From Catajapyx aquilonaris (Eukaryota): a DNA stretch of 51,187 nucleotides. The notes beneath the pieces were generated by a model. That model was given only the letters and a program-made list of their open reading frames with translations. It was not told the origin of the DNA and did no database searches. The translations under genes and the position numbers were made by a program. Of this stretch, positions 1 through 10,884 are shown one piece after another. Location: positions 1-51,187 of the forward strand of contig JYFJ02002771.1 in the NCBI GenBank assembly GCA_000934665.2, in the 5' to 3' direction. Numbering within the stretch: the stretch's first letter is position 1; the number at the start of each line of letters is the position of its first letter.

Positions 1-866
1 TCTGCAATCCCCCCGGTATCCTGCAATTTCCGGTGAGCATTGCATCAGCAATGTTGCGTCACGTTGCTTCCTGCTCCCGCCGGCAGGTATACGGCTCCGC
101 CAATCAGGAGCCTCACACCTTCCCGCCAAACATTTCCGCCTACATTACCGTTTCCCCCATCTCTGCACATGCGCACAGTCCGCCAATGACTCCCAGCCAT
201 TCAAAAAATCTGATCAAGCAGCTGGCAGGTACTGGATCGTGTAAATTCCAATCCTAGGTTTTACACTGCGCCATGTGTATGTGCACTCCTGCTGCCTGGT
301 TGGTCGTAATTATACTGTCTGGTGTGGCTGGACCAATAGGACGCAAGAGGACAGTAAAGTGTCTGGATCCTGCAACGAGGTATAAATAGGGTAGAGGCCG
401 TAAAGGTCATCTGTGCCGCTTTTATTAATTTTTGTGCGTCATAAAATATGAAGCTCGTTTCCCTTCCAATTAGTGGCAATAACATTTATTCACTCAAAGT
501 TGCTCCGAAAAACGCGGGGAAATTATCAGGCAGCTAATATTGACAGCTAATGTCCAATCACACCAATAACTGTTCAGAGGTTATTGCACACCAAACGGGG
601 GACTTTGGACGTGACGTCACCGACTGTCCCGTTTATTAACCAGCAGCTGAGGAGTGACGTCATATGACCCGCTTGCACACATAATTACCAAATTTACAAG
701 TAATCCTCCTCCTTATCCGCTGGCAACGCCAGGATTTTGGGATAAAGCCGTGAAGGATGATGATGAACTAATTAATATTAAAATTGATGAGACTGTTGTT
801 TGTGGGGCGCGCTCATTGTTGTTGGTTGATTGGCTGGTTGGTAGGTTGGTTGATTGTTGCAGGTGT

Positions 867-1103
867 GGTATTTGTCATGCTTCATTGGTGACTCCGTTGA
901 CGACATACTCCGGGTTATTGTTGCCAGCCCTGTAGTGGTGGTCCTGGTATTTGTCATGCTTCACTGGTCAGTCCGTTGACGACATACTCCAGGATATTGT
1001 TGCCAGCCGTGTCGTGGTGGTCCTGGTATTTGTCATGCTTCATTGGTCACTCGTCCGTTGACGGCGAACTCCAGGTTATTATTTCCAGCTCTCTAGCGGT
1101 GCT
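867..1103. repeat. 79-bp tandem repeat, 3 copies
   Basis: GGTATTTGTCATGCTTCA recurs at 867, 946 and 1025 (period 79); the third copy is more diverged. Confidence 0.9.
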
Positions 1104-1130
1104 GGGTAAGTGGGTAGGCCCGGGCGGGAA

Positions 1131-1226
1131 CGCGTAGCGCCGAAGGCGCGCCAATTGGGGCGCAGCCCCAAAGGGGGGGTGTGGGGGGGCGGAGCCCCCC
1201 CGCCTCGCAAAGCGAGTCTTCTATAT
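1131..1226. mobile_element. GC-rich cluster of mini-hairpins, putative terminus of a rolling-circle (Helitron-like) element
   Basis: Five triloop stems: CGC-GTA-GCG 1131-1139, GCGCC-GAA-GGCGC 1137-1149, TTGGGGC-GCA-GCCCCAA 1155-1171, G7C-GGA-GC7 1183-1201, CTCGC-AAA-GCGAG 1204-1216. Ends in GCGAGTCTTCT, shared with 41792. Family assignment is inference. Confidence 0.4.
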
Positions 1227-1278
1227 AACTCGAAGTTTTTTCCCTGTCCCCTGGAGATTCGACTTATAGAAGTTTTAC

Positions 1279-1960
1279 TGTGCTGTCATAAAATATATTG
1301 TTCAAACGTTACAATATTACTACACACCATTGTTTTGAACCTCACGAATTTATTACGTTTTGTCCACGCGGGAATTAAGTTTGGCACAAACAACAACAAC
1401 ACCTTAAATATAACAATAATTAATATGCACAACTTGGTCCCTTCTGGAGGAAACACTGCTTCAAAGCCATTACCTATAACAATAAGACGTACAAACAAAT
1501 TGAACGAGCTCGATCCCTTTTAACAATAAAGCCACCGCAAAATAATGGTAACAGTGTAAATTGGTGGCAGGCAGATAATTGACCGGAATATGTAGTCTGA
1601 GTGATACAATTCACAACCTCATCAGCATAATTGAAGCACGGAAGGGCCCAAGTGCCGATTTATGCGAAAAGGAGTTGAGATATACAAAGTCATGAATGAG
1701 ATGAGCATAATAATTTATACGAACATAAGCTTAGAAATTTAAAAAACCCTGTGAAGCTTTGCAAAGTTAACTGGCCTGGAATGTTGCGCAGCATTAGGAA
1801 AGTCCCTCTGCTTGTTAAACATATGTTTTGCTCCCATTGGTACGGTTATGCAAAAGCTGATTGGAATCAAACGTCAACATTTGTCCTTTTAGGCCTGCCT
1901 CTCTTTGAAGTCTTCCCTTTTATTTGTCGTATAGGAGGCGGCTCAGAAGGATAGATCCTC
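1279..1960 (-). pseudogene. Diverged duplicate of the last ~25 codons and 3' UTR of the separase/Three rows-like gene
   Basis: Colinear with 5027-5585 with indels. The minus strand reads PSEPPPIRQIKGKTSKRGRPKRTNVDV* (stop 1867-1869) versus PPEPPPTAKVKTAKRGRPKRTNRDV* in the gene. Confidence 0.9.
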
Positions 1961-2752
1961 CTGATATATTGTCCCATATCCCCTCTATCCTTTTCTGAAA
2001 TAACTATCCATATACATTCGATTGCTCCGTTTGCGGAATCACACCATTGATGTTTTTCGGAAAAGTACAGCCACCCACGGTGGAGTTAGAAACGCTGGAG
2101 AAACTATTTTCCTCTACCTCTATATGGTTCCAAAGATGGGAAGCATAACACGCTTGATGAACTGCGCTACTTCATGTTCCAGAGGTCAGTAACCGAAAAT
2201 TCTAACTATAGTATAGAGCGATAGGCACGAGGACATCCGAGTTCCCTATAGCCGTGGTTTCCATGGTTGTATTTCCAAACCAGAAAATAAATGGCTAATT
2301 TATACATAACAGTTAGACGAGTAACACAGGCGAGGAGTGGGGGGGAGATCAATTCTGAGCCTTTCCCCTACAGAATTCGAGTATTAGTATAATCTATAGG
2401 GATTTTGATGGAAATCGGAAACGGTTGCTCACATTTGCGAACGTTGCAAATTAATTCTCAGGTAGTATATATAGACCCTTCTGTAGCAATCGACTACGTC
2501 TTGTGAATTAAATTATTCATGACATTCATTGCGCAATCTGTGGCCACAGTATATATACCAACTTTGATATTTCAGGTAGTGCACCTCTCAGGCACGTGTC
2601 CATCCTTGCAATGGCGCAATTTCCGACCACAGTATATGCCAATTATCGTCTTCCAGGTACCTTTCAGGCGTATGTTTCCACATAGCTGCAATGCACTGTA
2701 AATTGCAGTGCGACGTGGATTTCATGATAGTTGGGGCACAGAAAGGTTTAGT

Positions 2753-4636
2753 ATGAGAACCAACATGGGGGCGATTGCACGCGTGTTTGTGGGGCTTGTC
2801 CTGATCAACCTTGGTTTGGGGGGAATGAAGAGCAGTGTGGTCCTGAGGGAAGACGGGCATCGGGAAGAGGAGGAGGCAGTGGCTCTCCTGGTGAGGGAGA
2901 TCCTGGGAAGACAAGACCTCAGGGGGCAGTGCGCACTGGTGGCCTCGACCGACTCTGCCTCCCTGCCCTCTCCCATCCAGAAGGTCATGACCGAGCAGGC
3001 CAACGAGTACTCGCCCGCACTCCCTGTCCTCATGAAGAGTTACCCGCACTCGTACGAGGATTACCCCTGGCTGACCAAGCAGGAGCAGCTGCTGGACTTC
3101 ACCTCGGTTCCTCCTCGTCTCCAGTCTCGTCTCTGGTCGGGTCTCTCCTGCACCCTGCACCTCCTCATGCCCAAGACCACCGGCTCCTTCGCACCCCTGC
3201 TCATGTACACGGCCTCCTCGGTCAGGCTACACCCAGGGGAGGACCTCTTCCTCCTCCACCTCCCATCCCGATCCTCCAAGGAAGACATCCGCACACTCAT
3301 CACCAGCCCGCCTGGAAGTTCCCTCAGGCTGCAACTGGTCACCACACCAACGACAGATGATGATGTGAAGGGATCATCTCTCCAACTGAGCAAAGTCTGC
3401 TTCTTCTGCGGGGAAGGAGGGGATCACCTGGTTCAAGAAATGGGATCGTTCAGTCCAGGTCGGAAGAAAGGCTTCGAACACTTACACCAGCTCTTCAGGG
3501 ATGAGACCAAGCACGTGAATGGGAAGGTGTTGAGGCTGAAATTCTACTTCGATATCGAAGTAGAAGAAGCACGAGAGAAGAAGAAGAAGAAGGAAGGAGA
3601 GATCTCTATTTCTTTCCACGACAGGGCCGCACTAGTCGGTGAAGAACTGTTGGGTGCCAGGGTGGAGACAAGTCTTCAACCTATTAAAAATATCGAGGTT
3701 GAATTCCAGCATCCTAACGGGACATGGGATGGCCTTACTGGCTGTCTCATCTACAACAAGTCTGACTTCACTCCACTCGCATATCTCACTGAAGACACGT
3801 TCGCAATTTTTATTCCCACGTATGTTCACGCTTATGCGTATGGGACATATCTGACAAGGCAACCAAAAGGCGTCGTGTCATGGCGGGTGATATACAGACC
3901 TTATCCTCTCCTGTTTTGGGTGTTATTCTTAGCAAGCCTCATTTTGTTGTCGATCACCACTCATTGTCTCTCTCGTTGTAATCGCACAGACAAGAACCAC
4001 AAGCCGAGGGAATTCGTGCCTTCCACAATGCAGGAACTTCTTGATTCCTATTGGCAAATCGAAGCCGACATGTTCAGTTATTTGGCGATGAAAAAATGTA
4101 CTGAATTAGTTAATTCCACATTTATGAACAAATTGATGGATAGGATGAAATTAGGCGGCAGCATCCCTAATTGCTTAGCTAGAGTGGACGAAGAGAATAT
4201 CATCTGCGGTGGACTGAACTTGCTGCTGGAGCGTGAAGTGTATCGATACACCAGCAGTTCGGGTGAACTGAAGGTAAAATACGGCAAAGACAAGCCGTTT
4301 CCTGGGTTCACTTCAGGAGCGGTACCCAGAGGACAGGTTGCACTGTTTCGTCTCTACAACAATGTCATACGAGTCTTTATTGAGAGCGACCTTACTAACC
4401 GATTCCTGGAGCAAGAGTTGTACATGAACCTCCTCCGAAGTCTGAAGGACATTCGGGCTGAAGAAGAGAGACACGCAGCATCGCACGTGCCAGAAGAAGT
4501 TCTGACTGTCAAGAAACTATCTGGAATATTTAACATTTGGCTGCTTGGATTGGCCTGCGCTTTTTTCATATTCATAATGGAAGTTGCGAAGTGCCCCATA
4601 TCAAAAGAGAAACCTCGCTATCCTTTTCTGAAATAA
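2753..4636 (+). CDS. Intronless divergent ionotropic receptor (IR/iGluR-like) with an in-frame deletion of the pore loop and M3; possibly non-functional
   Basis: Long ORF with ATG at 2753/2765 and a signal-like segment (AIARVFVGLVLINLGLGG). S1 motif NGTWDGLTGCLIYNKSDF, M1 RPYPLLFWVLFLASLILL, C-terminal LTVKKLSGIFNIWLLGLACAFFIFIME (M4). Lacks 55 aa present in the paralogue at 49793-51187. Confidence 0.85.
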   Translation: MRTNMGAIARVFVGLVLINLGLGGMKSSVVLREDGHREEEEAVALLVREILGRQDLRGQCALVASTDSASLPSPIQKVMTEQANEYSPALPVLMKSYPHSYEDYPWLTKQEQLLDFTSVPPRLQSRLWSGLSCTLHLLMPKTTGSFAPLLMYTASSVRLHPGEDLFLLHLPSRSSKEDIRTLITSPPGSSLRLQLVTTPTTDDDVKGSSLQLSKVCFFCGEGGDHLVQEMGSFSPGRKKGFEHLHQLFRDETKHVNGKVLRLKFYFDIEVEEAREKKKKKEGEISISFHDRAALVGEELLGARVETSLQPIKNIEVEFQHPNGTWDGLTGCLIYNKSDFTPLAYLTEDTFAIFIPTYVHAYAYGTYLTRQPKGVVSWRVIYRPYPLLFWVLFLASLILLSITTHCLSRCNRTDKNHKPREFVPSTMQELLDSYWQIEADMFSYLAMKKCTELVNSTFMNKLMDRMKLGGSIPNCLARVDEENIICGGLNLLLEREVYRYTSSSGELKVKYGKDKPFPGFTSGAVPRGQVALFRLYNNVIRVFIESDLTNRFLEQELYMNLLRSLKDIRAEEERHAASHVPEEVLTVKKLSGIFNIWLLGLACAFFIFIMEVAKCPISKEKPRYPFLK

Positions 4637-5501
4637 CTATCCACATAGTGTATAATTGCAACAATTATCACAATACCTGTACACATTCAACAGAACATTT
4701 CTTGAAACACAATAATTATGCTTGTTTTCATCATTTTTAAAAAATAGTGGCTCAGAGGGTAGTTTTTCAGCATGTAAATAATTGTTCATTGTGTGTCTGC
4801 ATATATTAATTATAATATTATATTTGTCCTGTACTTTTCTGTTTATGAAGTAAATAAACATGGTGTTGCATTGTATAATGATACATATTTTTAAGTTTCA
4901 CCCATGGTAATTATAATGGTCAAAATCTGAGCTTACATATCACTGGATGTATGCACGCCCAACACAAAAATTCGGTACAAAAAATTGTTTAGAAAAATCT
5001 CTACAAGATATGTATGACTTTGATATACTGTCATAAAATATATTGTTCGAACGTTACAATTACTACGCACCATTGTTTTGAACCTCATGAATTTATTGCG
5101 TTTTGTCCACGTGGGAATTAAGTTTGGCACAAAAGACACATAACAATAATTAATATGAGCAACTTGGTCCCTTCCAGCGGAAACGCTGCTTCAAAGCCAT
5201 TACCTAACGATAAGTACAAACAAATTGAACGACCTCCCGATCCCTTTTAACAATAAAGCCACCGCAAAATAACAGTGGAAATTGGTGGCAGGCGAATCAT
5301 TGACAGCAATATGTCTGAGCCGTACAATTCACAACCTAAACAGGATAATTACTCACAATAATTTATACGAACATAAGCTTAGAAATGACAAAACCCTGTG
5401 AAGCTTTGCAAAGTTAACTGGCCTGGAATGTTGCGCAGCATTAGGAAAGTCCCTCGGCTTGTTAAACATGTTTTGCTCCCATTGGATCCGCAAAGGCTGA
5501 A

Positions 5502-8500
5502 TCAAACGTCACGATTTGTCCTTTTAGGCCTGCCTCTCTTTGCAGTCTTCACCTTTGCCGTAGGAGGCGGCTCAGGAGGATCCTCATCTTCACCTTCCGA
5601 AAACATGAGCCGTCCGACACCCTTTCGCAAACCCCGAGTCAACCTCCGATTGACAGAAGGCGGCCGAGTACACTGCTCGTGCTCAGGTGAAAATATAATC
5701 CCAGCAGGACTATTCTCCAGCTTCATCTGAGCCATTCTACGAGTGAGACACGACGCGGCTCCCAACTTTTCTCTGTCGATCGGCACCATTTTCTTTTCGG
5801 TCTTAGGCGCCGCTGCCTTCTTCCTGGTTTTACGAGCTGTCTGTTTTTTCGGTTGCGGCTCATTCGCAGTTGGCTCATCGTCGCTGTCAAATGTGAGTGC
5901 TTTCGGCTTCAGCTTTGGCACGAAAATAGTCTCCGGCGATGGCATCTCCTCTGGGGTCATTTCAGGAATAAAAATCTGGGCTTGTTGGTCTTCAGGCGTT
6001 GTCGCACCGTCATTGTTGCTCTTTTTATTGACTCCTAGCACTGCTAGAACGTCAGCTATGACAGCTTCATCATACTGAGTGTCATCTGAGTCATCCACAT
6101 CTTCCCAGTCGCTTTCTTCGTCAGATTCCTCAGCTTTCCCGTTACCATCTTTTCCTTCTGTGGAGTTAAGAAGAGTTTTAATTTCGGAGCTCTGTAAACG
6201 TAGTGAGAGCGCTAGCATGCTGTGGGCACTATCAACTTTGAATTCCCGCCTTAACGAGCTACATATTTCCTTGGCCGCATCGTGCAAACCTAACGATGTC
6301 AGGAAGCCAGCGTAGGCCATGCCTGTCTCGCCTAGTTCAAGCTTTAGATCGGCTCCGACATGTGGTACGGAGGTTGCAAGACCCGATAGCACAGCACGGA
6401 CGCAGTTGTTAAAAGATTTCTCCAACTTGGACAAGCTCGCCTTAGCTAGGGAGTAAGCTCTTCTGTATGCCGCATTCGTCCCTTTCCAGTCGTTGATTAT
6501 AAAGTGAGCCCCTGCGTCCAGACAGCACACTCGGACGACCACTTTGTAGAGCAGTGGATGTCGGCAAAGCTGACACACACAGGACGGAATGTGGGAGGTC
6601 AGCCAGTACGGCATGGGGAGGTCTCTATGGAAACGTGGGGAAGACGAGTCGTTCCGTCCGTAACACACTGGAATATCCGGGCCATCTCCAGTTCCACCAG
6701 ATTCAAACTGGACGTCGGACGTGATCTTAGCAGAAGTTTGGGCAGTCCTGAGATGCGGTTTCGGCACGTCCGCGTCCGTTGTTTCCACCAACTTAGCGTT
6801 CCACTTCAGTAGGATTCCTTGCAATACGTCCAGGTTACACTCTACCTCCGGACCTCTCTGGTACTTGCTGTTGATTTGGCACATACAACTGAGAGCTTCC
6901 ACACACCTGCCGAAAATATTGCGTAAGTTACATTGCGACACAGTACAATATTCACAGGAACTGACCGGATTGGAAGGAACTGCTGTTGCGATATCTTCAG
7001 AGCAGCCAAATAGTGCGAGGTAGCAGTCGAACACTCGTTTGCAAGTCGCATCGAAACATCTCCGATCCACTGGCACAAATCTAGTAACATGCACGTAGCC
7101 TGGTAGTTGTTCAGCTCATCGCAATCTGTACAAACAGAAGCGATTAAATTCACACATTCATTCGGGGACATTTGACGACAGACTAACCTGGGCGGACTCC
7201 ATAGAATCTGTTCTTCACGCAATTGATGCCCGTGAGAGCCAGATGAACCGGTTCCTCTTTGAACAATGACGGACACACTATTGACGCAGGGAGAATCGCA
7301 TAGTGGCTAGCCAGATAATATCCGTCTGCTAGCGGAATCCATGCGTCGGTAGGCAGCTCTTCATCGTCCACATCCTTCAGTAAGTCCGCCAGTTTCTCCG
7401 CTCCTTCAACGAACTAACAAAACAGCACAACATAACCAACCCTGCTGAGAACATCAGATAGACAAATTACCTGCTCTAATTTGTAGTGACGCCAGCACAG
7501 TGCGACATTAAATACGATGCCTTCGTGCTTTCCGAGCCGGGCCGCAAGTTGCTCACCTTCTTCAACCAAAGCGGCGGAAAGTTCCGGCACAATTTTAAGC
7601 ATCCATGATATTGCTGAAATATAACGCACATTTTCAATGCTAAACAACAAAAGTTTTAAAAAAAGTGGAACCGAACCTTTCAGTATGCTGGAATCATCCT
7701 TCATCAATTTAGCAACCTTATAGTAAAGCACAAGTGCTTTTAATTTCTCAGACAGGATTCCGTGGATGTCGAATATGTGCGGCATTATCGACACTGCTGT
7801 AAAGACGCTTCGTTGCATTCCTGTATGCATTTCCTCCCATTTAATCTGCAACAATTGCATTCGAAATTTTTAAAGTGTCAGCTGAATATGAGCTGGTCGG
7901 CAATTATCCGTCACCTTGGTCAGGGCTTTCGATAGCCAATAGTGGGCTTGCTCCAGTTTGTCCATCAGCTTAATCTCGACTTCCACTGTCATGTTGATGA
8001 ACGCCGGAGAGTGGTTCTTTTCCTTCTCTCGAGGCCCTTCGCCTGGGTTCTCCTCTTCTTCTGGCTCCTCCATGGCTTCCGCTTCCTCCACCAATTTCTG
8101 CGCAACGGAAAAGTTAAAACACGGCTCATAACATAACGAGTAATACCTACCAGCTGCTTCTTCACAACTCGGCAGTTCTCATCGCAGAATCGGTTGAAGA
8201 ACATCAGACCGAGTTGAATTTCGGATAATATTTCATATCCTTTTTCCTGTAGGAAACGAAATCCGATTGTGAAGTCACGTCACGAAAGATGACAATTGCG
8301 ATTTACCTTCTGCGACTTCCGGAAACATTTGACTGCCTCGTTGTGGGACGTCCAGAGCTCCTTCTCGCTGAATTTGGAAGCGTAACAAGCTTGGATGGAT
8401 GCGGCGATTCCTCGTTGGTAGTCCGTCCGAGCCACATTTTTGGCGTCACAAACGACCTGCCAGCAGGCCTCCTTACACTCATCTTTTGCGCTGGAAAAAT

Positions 8501-10480
8501 ATTAATTAAGAGGCAAGGTTTCGTCATTACAAGACTTACGAGACAGCTCAAAGATTCTAAAATAACCTAACTCATCTAACATATTACCTGAGGTACGTCA
8601 CTTCCATTTCTACATAGTTCCACGGATCTACACGAGGAATCGGAAAGCCCAATATCTCATCCGACTGAAGCAAATTTAGCAACGTAATCTGAAATGCATT
8701 GCACGTTAATATTAAAAATAGCATGCTTTTGAGTCGTTTTGAGTACATGACATATTACCTCAACGTCTTTGTGTTCGAGTACGGCTTGGATCTTCACGTC
8801 AGCCCACTTTTGAACTATCGCATTCGGCAAGGTGGAGTCCAACGCTAAGGTCATACCCAGCCAATCCAGCTGTGTTCGAAACTTTCTCTTCCAACCGAGT
8901 TCCTTCAACAGGTTGGACACAATATGACGGAGAATGAAACGCTCGTACTTATCTCTGTCTTTATGCATGGTAATACATCGGGAGAAAATGCAGGCCAGCT
9001 CGGCTATAACTTCAGTCTTGTCCAGCTTCAGCGACGACACAGTCCGACAAACAGATGTGCATATTCCGACTGAAAGTAAACGGATTAGCAAATTTTTTTT
9101 TCCCCGCAATTATCTCACATTGCGACTCACCCATCCTCGACCATATCCTGCATTCCTTGTCCAGTACTGGATATTTCTCCATCACTTTCCGCACTTGGTG
9201 TCCGAACTTGGCAAGTGTGTCAATAAGCTCGGTCCAATTTGGACCCTCGGATGGTACCATCCCGGTGACCCAGTACATATGGAAAGTGCGATGGTCCAGA
9301 TCCAAATATAACGCTTCCTTTCCCTTCATAGCCAAATCAGAGTTTACCAAAACTTCTAGAAGCACCGTTGCGACTTTGGACCCATCGGTACACACCTGAA
9401 GTGGTCCGTTCAGAACTGAAAACGCGGCCATAACGACTGGTGAAAGTCTGCGTGAATCCATCACAAGTTTGGCCGCACACTCAAGCTGAATCAGCTGGAG
9501 CGAGTTCGACTCCAGAGTAAATTCCAGGCTGCATTTTAACATGGACACATGAGCTATTAGGCAGCGGACGCTCTCGGTTTGTCCCATGTTGTTGATCAGT
9601 CTTAAGGAACGGCATAACGATTTGCGATGATCCGCCGGACATGCGGTGGTCAAACATGAGATCCATCTGAATATGTCTTCAAAGTTGTCGGAAAGTCGCA
9701 GAACCTGTGAAGTTCAATACAATTTTATATGCTGCAGCACTATTATGCAAATACCAACCTGAAGCCGCGGAAACACTTCCTGTAGAATCATCTCCAGCGT
9801 ATCGTACGAGTCTTTGGCTATTGCGAACGCTTCGGTTGTTACTTTTATCACAGCGGACGAATCGCAACAGAGGTACAGAAACAACTTCAGGGTTTCTCGG
9901 GCTGAGCTTGATTTGCGGTTCAGCAGTTTCAGCATAGCCGTCCGAAGCAGACTAAGCGTATTGTTCATCAACGTTTGAGTCTTTTCATTATTATCCGTGT
10001 AAGTCAGATGCTTCAGATACTGAGCAGCGATGTTGACTAGATCATACTTTTCCTGCAACAATTACGCTTATTACAACTGCGATTATCGGCATCGTTGTGG
10101 CGCACTTACTTGGTTATGCAGCTTCCAGATGACGTTGTAAAGTTGACGATGGAATATTTGTTGCCGCTCTGCAGGAATCGTACAGCTGGTGACCTTCTGG
10201 CAGCACAATCCGACAGCTTTAACCAGCGAATCCGGATCGACTTGCTTCACTTTACTGACGGATATGAAGGTGCTTGTGACCTTAAGAAATTCCTGAGCAA
10301 ACTCAACATCGTCCGTTGAACTCAAACATTTCTGCGGAACAATGAACCGTTTACGGAACGCTCTAATTTTTTAAAATTAATTTTTAATAATGCAAATACC
10401 TTTGCGTCCTCAACCAGCTGTAGGTTGTACTCTCCTTGTTTTGCCTTCTGCAGAACATTCCTCTTCCGATCTGCTGTCAT
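5502..10480 (-). CDS. Separase N-terminal regulatory-domain protein (Three rows-like), ~1403 aa, with no peptidase C50 domain
   Basis: 13 GT-AG exons join in frame: 10480-10400, 10331-10110, 10052-9759, 9704-9131, 9069-8759, 8688-8588, 8490-8307, 8246-8151, 8097-7915, 7845-7471, 7413-7188, 7125-6966, 6906-5502 (4212 nt). ALKISQQQFLPIRCVEALS...ECNLDVLQGILL and SSPRF...WLTSHIPSCVCQLCRHP resemble vertebrate separase around its CDK-site/CxCxxC region (recalled, not aligned). Confidence 0.7.
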
Positions 10481-10693
10481 TTTTTTTACTGTAACAAAAA
10501 TGGAACATTCATCACAACACGCCCCGACACAGCTTGAACTTCACATTAATTTTTTTACTTACTAATTTTGGGTATCTGAATCGCCCTGAACCTGTTCAGA
10601 CGGCTGAAGTCCCCTGATGATAATCGAAAATTGAAGAAAACTTGATATTAATATTTAGAAAAATATGAGCCAAAAATCCGTTGGACAAAAGTT

Positions 10694-10750
10694 GGCCGCC
10701 ATCTTCCCGCGCCAGGGTTGCCAGATCATCATTCAGCTGGATGTTGCCAG
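10694..10750 (-). promoter_or_regulatory. Promoter module upstream of the separase-like gene (two TGGCAAC motifs, E2F-like GCGCGGGAA, YY1-like AAGATGGCGGCC)
   Basis: Minus strand reads TGGCAACATC...TGGCAACCCTGGCGCGGGAAGATGGCGGCC, ~215-270 nt upstream of the ATG; a similar module precedes cyclin H. Confidence 0.5.
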
Positions 10751-10867
10751 ATGAACTACAATGTTAGCGTTCGAATTTTAATTGCATTTACAATATATGT
10801 TTTTTAAATAGTGTTTAATATTTATAATATAGTTGATGAAAATTACGAAATTAATTTGGTGCGAATG

Positions 10868-10884
10868 TGCTGCCATCTAGCGGT
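10868..10884. promoter_or_regulatory. CTCF-like motif
   Basis: TGCTGCCATCTAGCGGT in AT-rich intergenic DNA between the cdc20 3' end and the separase-like promoter; matches the CTCF core consensus. Confidence 0.45.

Noticed and set aside
6907..7094. N-terminal part of the 530-aa ORF 5502-7094 as a protein start
   Set aside because: The coding frame here is the alternative one (exon 7125-6966) followed by intron 6965-6907; the long ORF is just the last exon read backwards into the intron.
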